The position numbers and the translations under genes were made by a program. A stretch of 64,000 bases of DNA, from assembly GCA_050952625.1 (NCBI GenBank), contig JBMNLH010000004.1, positions 1-64,000 on the forward strand, in the 5' to 3' direction. Every line of letters starts with the position of its first letter. Position 1 is the first letter of the stretch. The notes beneath the pieces are model-generated. The model was not told where the DNA came from, searched no databases, and saw only the letters and a program-made list of their open reading frames with translations. The stretch comes from Bacillota bacterium. Its GTDB lineage: Bacteria > Bacillota > Ch66 > Ch109. Below are positions 1 through 10,710 of this stretch, in pieces.

Positions 1-447
1 CTTCTCCTGCAGTTCTTCGATCACCTGGAAAGTGCGTTTAGAGGCCAGGAGTTCCGAGGGATTCGGTGGTATCGGACCAGAGGTTAACAGCTTTAACCGG
101 GGTATTTCGGTATCCCGGATTAGCTCCTCGCCGGTCACGCTCCGGTCAACCAGGAGATTGGTAAACCCCTTTAAATTATGTTGATTAAAAATCTTGTGCT
201 GCATTGGTTTCCGCAGGTCACAATCAATAATCAAAGTAGCTACCCCGGCCTGGGCCATGGCGATTCCCAGATTACCCAGGGTCGTACTTTTACCATCGGA
301 AGGGCCCGCGCTGGTGATCAACAAGGTTTTAAAAGGTCGATCAAGGCCGGCAAAGTTAAGGTTAGTCCGCAGGATGCGGTAAGCCTCCGCTACCGGTGAT
401 TTCGGGTTGTAGTGGGTAACCAGCCTTAACCTGTCACGTTCGTCCAA
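1..447 (-). CDS. CpsD/CapB-family polysaccharide tyrosine kinase (partial, runs off the window edge)
   Basis: Not in the ORF track; translated by hand. TTG at 447 follows GGAG. MDERDRLRLVTHYNPKSPVAEAYRILRTN, Walker A SAGPSDGKSTT, IIDCDLRKP, TSGPIPPNPSELL. Overlaps the stop of the upstream Wzz gene. Confidence 0.93.
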   Translation of the reverse strand, partial: MDERDRLRLVTHYNPKSPVAEAYRILRTNLNFAGLDRPFKTLLITSAGPSDGKSTTLGNLGIAMAQAGVATLIIDCDLRKPMQHKIFNQHNLKGFTNLLVDRSVTGEELIRDTEIPRLKLLTSGPIPPNPSELLASKRTFQVIEELQEK

Positions 448-1838
448 CTGTTGTACTCCTCTCTCGAACTATTTTTCCCTTGTCCGTATTTCTCTTTGCC
501 TTGTGTCTCAGATAAGTCTAAGATCGGGATGTTGCCCAGGACCGGCAGATCAAAAACCTTCTGGACATCTTCAGCGTCCTTAATGGTGTTATCCAGGAAT
601 TCCAGAAGGAAAGCCAATAAAATCGAAAGCATTAGGCCCAGGATCCCGGCGATGGCCATATTTAGCTGCTTATTGGGTTTAACCGGACTCGTCGGAACCG
701 GGGCCGGCGAGACCGGGAGCAAACTGGTTTCCCCTAAATTAACCGCCTGAATGATCTGGGTCTGAGTCCTTTTTTCGTCGAGCAGATTATAGGTCTTTTT
801 CGCCTGCTCCAGAGTTTCGGTCAAGCGATCCATGGCCAATTTCTTTTCCGAAGCCTCAGCCTGCAAGGCGCGGATTTCCCCACTCAAGATCCTGATAATT
901 TCCTCCGCCGCGTCCAGTTGGGCGGCCTTTTCCGCCAGATCGGTCTCTTTATGGATCAGGGCGTCATTCAAAGAGACATAGGCCGGGTTTATTTCTTCTT
1001 TGCCCGCTTCCCTATCCACCACGATCGTGGGGGGGACATTCTCTAGCTGTTCGATTAAGCGATTCCTTCCCGCCAGGGTCTGCTGAAAGTCATATCGAGC
1101 CTGATTAGCCAGGGACTGATACTTACTGAGGTCCGTATATTTACTTTCAATCTCTTTTTGCAGAAAGTTCAGGTTTCGCGGTTCCGCCTCCAGACGCTGC
1201 AGTTCAGAACTGGCCTCGGCCAATTTTTGCTCTTCCACACTAATCTGGCCCTGCAGAAATTCCACTGACTTTTTCATCTGTTCCTGGCTGTTTTCGGAGA
1301 TAAAATTGATAAATTGCTGCTGCAGGGTGTTAGCAATATCCGCCGCTAACTGCGGGTTCGGATGGGAAACTGTCATCTCGAGCAGGTTCGTGTCTTTAAC
1401 TGCCTGAACATCGATCATGTTAAGCAAGGCCCCGGCGGTTAAGCCCTGGCCTTTATCTCCTAAGGCGTTAATGGTCTGTTCCATCAGGGTGTTGTTTTTT
1501 ACCTGGGCCACGTAGGTATTCATGGTTAGCTGGGGAATCGATGACATGGTACTAACCACTGATTCCAGGTCAGTCTGATTGGTCGTTGTCCGACGCTCCA
1601 GGCTGGTTCCCGGCTGGGTGACCATTAAGACAGATTTGGTCTGGTAGATCGGCGTCAGGACAAAATAACTAATAATACCGCTGGTGACGACAGCGCAGAG
1701 GGTGAGTAGCGCAATGACCCAACGCCATTTTTTAACAATCGTTAGATACTCCCGGAGATCAATGACGTCTTCCTCGTCATAATGCCCCTCGACCCTGACG
1801 TTTTCCTCCCGTATTTGACCTTGTGTTGGCTGTTTCAA
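426..1838 (-). CDS. Wzz/GumC (CpsC-like) polysaccharide chain-length determinant
   Basis: N-terminal IDLREYLTIVKKWRW plus TM helix, long coiled coil, C-terminal PVKPNKQLN-TM-EFLDNTIK motif; adjacent to the CpsD kinase. Confidence 0.92.
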   Translation of the reverse strand: MKQPTQGQIREENVRVEGHYDEEDVIDLREYLTIVKKWRWVIALLTLCAVVTSGIISYFVLTPIYQTKSVLMVTQPGTSLERRTTTNQTDLESVVSTMSSIPQLTMNTYVAQVKNNTLMEQTINALGDKGQGLTAGALLNMIDVQAVKDTNLLEMTVSHPNPQLAADIANTLQQQFINFISENSQEQMKKSVEFLQGQISVEEQKLAEASSELQRLEAEPRNLNFLQKEIESKYTDLSKYQSLANQARYDFQQTLAGRNRLIEQLENVPPTIVVDREAGKEEINPAYVSLNDALIHKETDLAEKAAQLDAAEEIIRILSGEIRALQAEASEKKLAMDRLTETLEQAKKTYNLLDEKRTQTQIIQAVNLGETSLLPVSPAPVPTSPVKPNKQLNMAIAGILGLMLSILLAFLLEFLDNTIKDAEDVQKVFDLPVLGNIPILDLSETQGKEKYGQGKNSSREEYNSWTNVTG

Positions 1839-2003
1839 CTTATATCCTCCAAATCAGTGGCTGTAATTTTTGCGGTTTGTAAGAGAATTAATTCGTAAGA
1901 TTCTTCAGTGCGTTCAGCATGACAAAAATACAAACTATTTGCATCAGTAGTTGTACCTAGCGGTTCATGGGCTGGTTAATACATTAATTGGCGCTTGATA
2001 TTT

Positions 2004-2627
2004 TTATTGATATTTGTTATATAGAGCTTTTACCTCACTGATTTCTTCCGGCGAGAGACGGGAGCGTAATAGTTTGGCTATCTCTTCCTTTTCGTCAGAG
2101 GTTATTCCCCCGCTTGCCCAACTAATTAGTTGACGGATATCTTCGGCGCTCAGTTTTTTTCGGACGATATTCAGAGCCCGCATGCGGTCGGCAACAGTTA
2201 CTTCGTCTTGCAATTCACTGAGCCGATCCGCGCTAATTACCGAATTTGGCGAATTGGGTTGCTGGCCGGTTCCGTCTGACTGTGGCGGATTTGACCCGGT
2301 TGGGTCATACGGGCTAACCGGTAAATCACCGTATCCGGGCTGGTAATCCAAAATCGGGGGATAAGAGCTGGCCCCGCTTTGGTTATTTGCGTTGTCTTCA
2401 TCCTGCAACTGAGCCATCTCTGTGATTAGCTGATCGAGAAAAGATAGATCCAACTGACCCTGATTATCTATGGAAGCCTGCGAATTTTGTGGATTTAACC
2501 CTGACTTCTGCGAAACAAACCAAAAGCCCGCGATAAACATTAATCCAAGATATACGCCTAGTCCGATAATCAGTTTGCGTTGCAGCGACGTGGGCGCAGA
2601 TCTTTTTTTTCTAGACGTTGTACCCAC
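2004..2627 (-). CDS. Hypothetical membrane-anchored protein
   Basis: 207-aa ORF with a basic N-terminus, one TM segment, a P/S/Q-rich linker and a helical C-terminal domain; upstream of wzz. Confidence 0.7.
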   Translation of the reverse strand: MGTTSRKKRSAPTSLQRKLIIGLGVYLGLMFIAGFWFVSQKSGLNPQNSQASIDNQGQLDLSFLDQLITEMAQLQDEDNANNQSGASSYPPILDYQPGYGDLPVSPYDPTGSNPPQSDGTGQQPNSPNSVISADRLSELQDEVTVADRMRALNIVRKKLSAEDIRQLISWASGGITSDEKEEIAKLLRSRLSPEEISEVKALYNKYQ

Positions 2628-3116
2628 CTACTTTGTTGTGTGATTAGGTGATCGATAAATCTCCTTGTTTTACTCAATACTAAACTCGATATTAAACCCA
2701 ATACTAGATTGTGTTGTAGTATAATTGTTAAATTGAATCGTTATGTAATTGGCAGATTGTTTGATTATGTAATGGACATTTCTATAGTTATTAGAGTGTT
2801 TATGCCTAATTGCTGGCTAGGTGTTTTTATGTCTTGGTCGCTAAGGTACTTGTCAAATCATTTTTATGTGAATGGTTCTGTAATTGTTAGACGATGTGTC
2901 TAGATAATAGTTTGCTTATGCGTTACAGAGTACACGAAAGAGTCGAAATATTAGGAAGTTAGATCAAAAATATGCACGGCAACCGCAAAATCCCTCACTT
3001 GGAATTATGATGACAAAATTATATCATATTTTTTACAAAGGTGACAGGTTATTTTGTATTTCAAACCTCTAAAGGCAAGAAATCCCGTAGGAAATTGTTG
3101 GATTGGTTTTATTCTT

Positions 3117-3149
3117 ATAATCAGAAAGTCCGCTTATACTTCTGATTAT
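3117..3149. repeat. ATAATCAGAAAG...CTTCTGATTAT palindromic repeat (second copy at ~12069-12102)
   Basis: Imperfect inverted repeat seen twice in intergenic DNA. Confidence 0.55.
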
Positions 3150-3243
3150 GCTAAAAAAGGCCTCCACCACCTGGCAGCGGCATGATTCCGCAAAACCGGG
3201 CGGATGGAGGACTTTGCGTTCATAAGATACCTTTGATTATGGC

Positions 3244-4869
3244 TTACAGTTTCAAGGCTTTCACGATTAGGGTGACGGCCTCGGCTCTGGTGGCCTGGCC
3301 TTTAGGTTTAAAGGTGTTGTCCGGGTAGCCGGTGATTAGGTTATTTTCACTGGCGGTCATCACTGCGTCTTTTGCCCAGTCGGCGATATCGGCCCCGTCA
3401 GCAAATGTATAGCTGGCGGAAGTCGGTTTAAGTTGGTTGGCCTTGACGATCATGACAGCCATCTGTTCTCGGGTGACTGGATCATTCGGGCCAAACTTGG
3501 TCGAGTCGTAACCATTGACCAGGCCGGCTGCCGCCGCGGTAGCAATATATTCCTTGGCCCAGTGATTCGCAGTATCGTCAAAGACCTTGCCACTTTTCGC
3601 CGGGAGTTGGTAGGCTTTGACCACCACCGTGGCAAATTCAGCTCGGGTGATTTGATTGTTCGGCTTAAACTGACCGTCTGGATAGCCTTGGATGGCTCCC
3701 TTGGCCACCAGTTTATTAATGTTGGCGGCAGCCCAGTGTCCGGTAAGGTCAGTTAATTGCTGCTCATTGGTTTCGTTGGTTTCATTGACTGAGATAATGG
3801 CGTACTGGCTGCAGTGGTTGATGGTAAAGCTGATCGTCTTTTTTGCCCGATCAACTTGGCCATTTTGCCGTTCCCATCTTTTTTGGGTTTCGTTGTAATA
3901 GCCGACATCAAGGGTATCCACTTCTTCGCTAGTGAGATTAAGATCGGCATAAGACAAGACAACCGTAACTGGTTTCTTAAACTGAACGCCGGTTAAACTG
4001 CCTTCGGTGGTCGCGCTAAACTCATAGACCGGACCAATCAATTTGTTACCGGCGGAGAGTTGCAAGACTGCGTTTTTGGCTTCTGTCTGACTGAGTTGAC
4101 GGGCACCGAGGGTAAACGTTTGATCATCGGATAAATCTAAGGCGGCTGACGGCAGTTGGAAGGTTACGCCGCTAATTGCGATTTCTAGCCCTTTACCGGC
4201 AGCATTAATTTCCTTAAGAGAATCACCGGAAATGGTGACTGAGTCCTCGTTTTGATCCGCACTGAGTTGAACAATATCTTTGCCAGCGGCTAACTGCTGC
4301 TCAATCTCGGTTGCTGTTGGGTCGGGGCCGTCGTTTGAATTAGGTGGATTGACCCCTCCACCATTACCGTCGCCTCCGCCGCCACCGGAGTTATTGCCAG
4401 TGCCTAAAACATTGTCTTTGACCGCGTTGCGTAGGGGAATAAGGCTGGAATGTAAGCGACCGTACGCCAATGTATAGGCGATCTCTTCGCCGAAAGATTC
4501 GAGCAACGCTTGGAACATATTTCGGTGCTGTCTCCAGGTTATTACATCCTCTAAAGTTTCGAACATGATTGTGTTAAAGTTAGATTCAGTGAGAGTACCT
4601 CGCTTTTTAACCTCGGCATCCAAATCAGCTAAAAATGCTTCTATTTCCGCATCGGTCGCCCCGGATACGTCTCCCCCCGGGTTTTTTAGTCTATCAATAA
4701 AACCCGAATATTGGTTTTTTAAGATTTCATAGCTAGAAGTCAAGCTAGCTGCTCCAGCCATTGGAACCTCGACGTTCACTCCGAAAAGCATGCCTCCACA
4801 GAGCATGACCAAAGTCAATGCAAGGGCTATCCCTTTATTTATTGATTTTCGTAATTGGCCGTATCCCAT
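3244..4869 (-). CDS. S-layer homology (SLH) domain protein
   Basis: Signal peptide, helical N-terminal domain, Gly-rich linker, ZU5-like region ending INHCSQYAII, three SLH repeats (GYPDGQFKPNNQITRAEFA, GPNDPVTREQMA, GYPDNTFKPKGQATRAEA). Confidence 0.93.
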   Translation of the reverse strand: MGYGQLRKSINKGIALALTLVMLCGGMLFGVNVEVPMAGAASLTSSYEILKNQYSGFIDRLKNPGGDVSGATDAEIEAFLADLDAEVKKRGTLTESNFNTIMFETLEDVITWRQHRNMFQALLESFGEEIAYTLAYGRLHSSLIPLRNAVKDNVLGTGNNSGGGGGDGNGGGVNPPNSNDGPDPTATEIEQQLAAGKDIVQLSADQNEDSVTISGDSLKEINAAGKGLEIAISGVTFQLPSAALDLSDDQTFTLGARQLSQTEAKNAVLQLSAGNKLIGPVYEFSATTEGSLTGVQFKKPVTVVLSYADLNLTSEEVDTLDVGYYNETQKRWERQNGQVDRAKKTISFTINHCSQYAIISVNETNETNEQQLTDLTGHWAAANINKLVAKGAIQGYPDGQFKPNNQITRAEFATVVVKAYQLPAKSGKVFDDTANHWAKEYIATAAAAGLVNGYDSTKFGPNDPVTREQMAVMIVKANQLKPTSASYTFADGADIADWAKDAVMTASENNLITGYPDNTFKPKGQATRAEAVTLIVKALKL

Positions 4870-4888
4870 TTATTTACCACCCTTTTAT

Positions 4889-4994
4889 CTGATTCAAAAG
4901 ACTCTCGCTTCTATTTAGTGTGGGTTGCCTTGTTAAACTTCAGATAGAGTAGCGTCCCCATCTGAACCTCAATGTTCAACCAAGCTGAACTAAT
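4889..4994 (+). mobile_element. Degenerate copy of the ~108-bp IS200/IS605-like non-autonomous element
   Basis: Aligns by eye with the copies at 38034, 60748 and 63851; preceded by TTTAT. Confidence 0.6.
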
Positions 4995-5065
4995 ACCGCT
5001 TACCATTTTCCGCTTAATCTATAATTTTTGCACTTATTCTAAAGCTAGTTTTGAAACACATTGTA

Positions 5066-5106
5066 AAAAACTCCCACGGGGTTTACCCAACCCTGGGGGA
5101 GTCCTT
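5066..5106 (-). terminator. Intrinsic terminator after the large SLH gene
   Basis: actcccacgggg...ccctgggggagt hairpin; A-run on the + strand gives a U-tract on the minus strand. Confidence 0.6.
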
Positions 5107-5195
5107 TATCAGGTAACGTATCACTGACAGTGACTAACTCCATACATACAGGGCTTCTTTTATCCTACCTTTTAAGTAAGATACACAATCCTAAT

Positions 5196-7903
5196 CTACT
5201 CAAGTGTTAGGGCGTTGATCAGGATAGTAACCGCTTCTGCCCTAGTGGCATTACCTTTCGGTTTAAAGGTGTTGTCCGGGTAGCCGGTAATCAGGTCATT
5301 ACCGCTGGCAATAGCTACGCCGTCTTTAGCCCAATCGGAAATACTTGCTCCATCAGCGAAGGTTTTGGCACTGCTGACTTCTGTAAGTCCGGTTGCGTTC
5401 ACGATCAGCACCGCCATTTGCTCCCGAGTAATCAGATCATTCGGACCAAAAGTGGTGTCATTGTAACCGCTTATTAAACCGTTGGCTGCCGCGGTGGCAA
5501 TGAAGTCCTCGGCCCAATGATTAGCGGTGTCGTTAAACACTTTACCGCTCTTAAGTTCTAAGTTAAAGGCTTTGACTACAGCGGTGGCAAATTCAGCCCG
5601 GGTTATGGTGTTATTGGGCTTGAAGGTGCCATCCGGGTAGCCGGTAATGACGCCGGCATTAACTAGAGCTTCGATATTTGCTGCGGCCCAATGTCCAGCA
5701 ATATCCGTAAAGGCTGCTTTGTCGATATCGGTCGCCAACACAGCAAATTTGGTAAAGTGGTTTACCTCACCGCTGATCTTGCCATTAACCTCATCAATCT
5801 GAATGTTATCCAATTCTCTCCAAATCTGGCCATCAAGCCAGTAGAGGCTGATTTTTTGCTTGCTTAAATCAACTTTGTTCTTGTCATAGGGTACCGTGAT
5901 AGTGACCGGCTTATCAAAGTTGCCGCTTTTATCTTTAGTAATTTCCAGGACATCGCTAACCAGATTTTCCGCCATAGGCAGACTGGATGTATTGCTAACT
6001 TTTTCAATCTTAACCTTGAAACTGCTGTTCATCGCGTTAGCAGGAATTTCAATGGCTGCTCCACTGCCAGTTACTGTTCCCCCACTGGTGGTAACGGTTG
6101 TCCCGGTGAAAGTGGATCCGCCACCACCACCGCCACCGCCGCTGCTAATTGGTGTCAACACGGCAAAAGCAGTTAAGTGCCAAGTGATAATCTTGGTATC
6201 AACTCCGTTGGAGATGTAAGCTTCGCCAAAGGCCGGTGGTGGGGTCGGGTTGTCATAGGTACCACCAGCTTGGTTAATTTTCACCCATTGCGAAGAATCC
6301 GCTGGCCGGTAGGCCATATTCCCAGTGACCCCTTTTAGAAAGATGGTTACTGGTTGATCGAAAAGAAGTACCGCGTTCGGCGCACCCACTTCGATTACCG
6401 TTCCTCCGATCCTGAACCCAGAGGGAGCACTGTCAGCAGGATTGCTTTGGCCCGCTTTCGGAGGTAGAATTTTCCCGTCCCAACTATCCGGCGCAAGAAT
6501 CGTCGTTGCATCAGGAATCTGCAATTCTGCGGTTGGTAGTGCTTCATTCATAATTGTGATCGACTCGCCGTCAATACCTGATTCTAGTTTAACTGCCTTT
6601 TTAATTGTTACGGGTTGATCGCCGATTGTTCGAGATTGGGTCAAATTAACTTGATTTAAACTGCCGCTAGTGAATGATGTTAGATTTTGCGATGCTCCAC
6701 CCACGGTGATCTGACCATCATCATCTGCTTGCGGAACATTATTAAACTGTAGATTCGCATCGTTACCTAAAGTTATACCCGGCGTACCTGAAGAAATTTG
6801 AACAGTTCCGTCGTCAGTTGGTGTCAATATTTTGGTTTCCGTTTCTAAACTATTCACATTCACGGTAAACCGCAGGATCCAATCGTTGGCTGCAGTTGCC
6901 CCAGTGTAATCTCGGTAAGCGGTAATTATCGCTTGGCCAGCCTTCCTTGCGGTTAACTTGAGCGTATTGCCGTTATCATTAGCATCATCAACTTCAACTA
7001 CACTCTCGTTCGAACTCGCCCAAGCAACTAAACTAGTGGCTTCCTTGTCCATAATTCTTATCTTGCAGAACGATTCGGCTTGCGGCTTGGGTAAAGTAAT
7101 TCCGGCACTCCCGATTAAGGTGAGCTGCGTACCGTTAACCGAATAGGCTTTAGCTTGGGAACGCACGGCTGCCTTAGCCAGGGCTAGTTCCGCCGCATTG
7201 CCTGGATCAACGATCGTCGCCAACGCCCGCTGCTGGTCAACCAGGCTTTCCGCAGACCAGCCAATGAGCGGCATAGTTTCCCGGAGAACTCGTTGTATTG
7301 GCTCAATGTTAAGTACCTTACGCATCGCGGCTATGCTCAGATCAGGCATCGCTTCTATAAGTTCCTGCATTAGTGCCATGCGCTAAGCGGAGGCACCAAA
7401 GAGGCCTGTCGTCGTCTTTAGATACCACAGGCAATTCCTGCTTTGAGGCCACTAAAAAGTTATACAAGTCGGCAACGGTGATACTCGTCCCAAACAGAAG
7501 TTGAAATGAATCTTTATAAGTCTTCTTTAAAATCTAGTTAAAGTGTCAGCTAAAGTAGCTCGAGTCAGACGAGTAATAAATGTCTCCTAAAGCGGTCGCA
7601 AAGTTAAGTATTTCTGTCTCTTGCATGTGTCCTCTGATCCAAATTTACCCTTCACCTGATCGAGTTAACAGTGGGTTAACAACTCCATCCCGCTTTCGGT
7701 CAGGTTTAACTAAGATTATCTCTTGCAGTTCTAATCGCTGCTTTATCATTTTCATCTAAGTACTGATAAACAGCAGCAATTTCAGCCACCGCATTATCAA
7801 TAGCGGTATCTGCTGCCATAACCGGTGTTACTGACGCTAATGGTGTTATGACCGAAAACAAAAATGCAATTAATGTGAGCCATGATAGTCTTTTAAATCT
7901 CAT
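5196..7903 (-). CDS. Large SLH-domain surface protein; apparent frameshifts at 7380-7705 split it into ORFs 7706-7903 and 5196-7379
   Basis: Signal peptide MRFKRLSWLTLIAFLFSV..AA after a GGAGG RBS. Coding-like fragments (EILNFATALGDIYYSSD, YKDSFQLLFGTSITVADLYNFLVASK) continue across several +1 insertions. Ig-like domain, two ZU5/GPS-like regions and three C-terminal SLH repeats. Confidence 0.85.
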
Positions 7904-8356
7904 TTTTCTCCTCCTAAATATAATACTTTTTGAACCTCTTGGTCCGGGTATAGATACCTCCCTTCTTATAATGTTAATTTTTTAAACCTATTACAATATC
8001 GATGAAATACAATGTAATCCTCAACTTCTCAAGGTAATAATTAACTACTCCCTGAATTTAATAAGTGATTTCTGTCACTGTGAGTTAGACGTATTTTAAT
8101 ATGTTAGCCCTTTAATAATTCCATAATATCCTATATTTCGCTCTGATCTTAGAAAATCCTTCCTGCAACGCTAAAAAATTTAAATAAACATATTAACTGA
8201 CAGCAACTAGAATAGCTGAAGATTTTGCATTGATCGTCTATATCTGCAATCCAAAATAATCAGCTTTGGTCAGTATTATTAAGTAGTGTTAAATTCTGTC
8301 GTCTTATCCTGCGTCTGAATTCCCGTCAGTGTCCCGGTTCGAATTGGCTTTCGGGG

Positions 8357-9661
8357 TTAATTTGGTACTGGTTCCGGTTTTTGATTGATTGTTGCGTATG
8401 CTTCGTCACCGGCATCGTTTTGGGTACTGGTATCTGAACCACCAGGCTGCTTAATATTTATCCAATCTGGTTCGTCGCTGGTACCATTTTTGTTACCGGT
8501 ATCTGACTGTTTCCCAGAACCAGCATTGTTTTTCCCGTTTTTACTGGTTGTAGAATCCGAATCTTTATCAGAGCCTGATTTTTCACTATCCTTGGTTGAG
8601 TTGTCCCCGGTATTCTTGCTGTCCTTGGCCTCCTCGTTCTCTCCCGGCTGCTTATCGTCAGAGTCTTTGTCGTCTTTGTTACTGCTTGGCGGTCGCTTGT
8701 CTATACTGGTTGGCTGCCACTCGGGGGGGGTGCCACCGGGCTCAATCAGCGTATCAAGCAAACCTATAGCTAACCCATCTCTAACCTGCCAGTAGCTGCC
8801 GGCGGTTAGCTCCAAAAAATCACCGGGCAACATGGTTACCACCATTTGGGTTGGGTCAAACTTGGTTCCCATTCGAGCCAGTTCCAGCAGTTGCCCACCC
8901 GTAAAATTGGTTTGCACGCAGTCTTGGATTTGCGGCAGCAACTGAGGCAGTTTGGTGATCGCCTTTAAGGTGAGCATTTCGTCAGCCAAGGCCATCAAGA
9001 ATTTTTTCTGGTTCTCGACCCGGTCGATATCGCCTAGGGGCAGGTGGCGGTAACGCACAAACCCCAAGGCATCTTCGCCGTTCAACCGCTGCTGCGGGCC
9101 GGCGTGCAAATTAATATTCTCTTCTGGGTAATACATCCGCTGCTCGACATCAATCGTCACCCCGCCCAGGGTGTCAATAATATCCTTAAAGCCGTTAAAG
9201 TCGGTGGCCACATAATAGGGGATTTCCACGCCAAGCAACGACTCAACGACCTGGCGGGATAGTTTTGCCCCCCCAAAGGCGTAAGCGGCGTTAACCTTGT
9301 TGTAACCGTAGCCGGGAATCTGGACCCGGGTATCCCGTGGGATCGAGACTACCGCCACCCGACCAGTTTTTTGATCAAAACTGGCCACCATCAGCACATC
9401 GGAACGGGCCTTGGTTTCCCCAGGACGGTTATCAGAGCCGATGACCAGGACGTTTATCCGCTCAGGCAAAGAACCTGGTAATGATTCATCTTCACTGCCA
9501 GGTTCCATGCTGTCAAGATTATTTACGACATTAACAAAATCCGCCACGCCGGCGATTCCCCAGCCGGCTCCGACACTAATTATAAAGAGCACGGCAAAGA
9601 ATATGGTCGTGCGCGAAAGCACTTTCCATTTGAGTTCTGGTTTTACTCTTTTAATTGGCAT
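8357..9661 (-). CDS. LCP (LytR-CpsA-Psr) family polymer-to-peptidoglycan ligase with S/D/K-rich tail
   Basis: NVLVIGSD, RSDVLMV, SIPRDT, KVNAAY, DFNGF..IIDTLGGV, GFVRYRH..GDIDRVENQ motifs. Confidence 0.95.
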   Translation of the reverse strand: MPIKRVKPELKWKVLSRTTIFFAVLFIISVGAGWGIAGVADFVNVVNNLDSMEPGSEDESLPGSLPERINVLVIGSDNRPGETKARSDVLMVASFDQKTGRVAVVSIPRDTRVQIPGYGYNKVNAAYAFGGAKLSRQVVESLLGVEIPYYVATDFNGFKDIIDTLGGVTIDVEQRMYYPEENINLHAGPQQRLNGEDALGFVRYRHLPLGDIDRVENQKKFLMALADEMLTLKAITKLPQLLPQIQDCVQTNFTGGQLLELARMGTKFDPTQMVVTMLPGDFLELTAGSYWQVRDGLAIGLLDTLIEPGGTPPEWQPTSIDKRPPSSNKDDKDSDDKQPGENEEAKDSKNTGDNSTKDSEKSGSDKDSDSTTSKNGKNNAGSGKQSDTGNKNGTSDEPDWINIKQPGGSDTSTQNDAGDEAYATINQKPEPVPN

Positions 9662-9933
9662 TACGCTTCTCTCCCCGGTTGGCGTGAGGTGTTAGGAGTA
9701 AGGCGTTAGGAGTAAGGGTTGCGATTAATTAAGGACTGCTTCCCTATGCCTGTGTCTCACGTTACATCTCACGCTTTATGTTTACGTCTTACGTTATTAC
9801 ATCTCATGTTTCACGCTTCCTGATACCGCAGATAGATAATTTCGCTAGCTCATAGTACCTTCGACGTCCGTCAGAACTTCGAGGCTTCCACCTCACACCT
9901 CACACTTCACACCTGACGCCTGTCGCCTCACGC

Positions 9934-10503
9934 CTAGCGCAGTTCCGCGACACTGTTATGTACCCAGCCGCTTCGGCCATCAGAAAGCCGGACGTTATAC
10001 CATTCTCCTGAGGTTTTCAGCCAAGTCAACTGGCTCCCCGGGTTTACTCTGATCATCACCTGCGCTTGCATGTTAGGGGTACTGCGGACATTGGCGTAGG
10101 TGGATAGTTGTTTGATTTGAACCATCTTGGCGGAAGGACTGGTTGGTTGGTTGGCGGAGGAACCACCCGTCGAAGAACTGTTGCTCGAATTATTACTGGA
10201 ACTATTACTGGAATTATTATTGGAACCACTGACAGAATTGCTGCTCGAAGAACTATTGCCTTTACTTGAATTGGTCGAGGAGGTACCGGCTACCTGCTGC
10301 TCTAGTTCGGCGATTCTCGCTTCCAGGGCTGCTACTTTGGCCTTGACATAGCTTTCACTAACTAACGGGTCCTCGGCTGACCCAGGGGCAGGACTTCCAG
10401 TTATATCCGCGGACACAACGGTACCCAGGAAGAAAGCACCCACCAGCAGGAACACAGCAGTAACGGCCAGGATGGTTATATACTTAAATCGCTTGAACAG
10501 CAT
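9934..10503 (-). CDS. Secreted SH3b-domain protein with Ser/Asn-rich linker
   Basis: Signal/TM segment, PGSAEDPLVSESYV motif, S/N repeats, C-terminal ANVRSTP...GEWYNVRLSDGRSGWV. Confidence 0.85.
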   Translation of the reverse strand: MLFKRFKYITILAVTAVFLLVGAFFLGTVVSADITGSPAPGSAEDPLVSESYVKAKVAALEARIAELEQQVAGTSSTNSSKGNSSSSSNSVSGSNNNSSNSSSNNSSNSSSTGGSSANQPTSPSAKMVQIKQLSTYANVRSTPNMQAQVMIRVNPGSQLTWLKTSGEWYNVRLSDGRSGWVHNSVAELR

Positions 10504-10582
10504 TTAGGGTCACCTCAATATTAATCTAAGCATCAATCTGAACTTCCCCGCAACTAAAGTCAGGGAGGGTTTAAGAATCTGT

Positions 10583-10629
10583 ATCGCTTCTATCGCTTCT
10601 ATCGCTTCTATCGCTTCCATCGCTTCCAT
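10583..10629. repeat. 9-bp tandem repeat (ATCGCTTCY) x5
   Basis: Read directly from the sequence. Confidence 0.9.
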
Positions 10630-10710
10630 GAATATTTTCCTGTCCGCCAAGCTAAATCTTAATACTCCTACGTCTTACGATTCACGCCTCACACCTCACG
10701 CCTCACGCCA

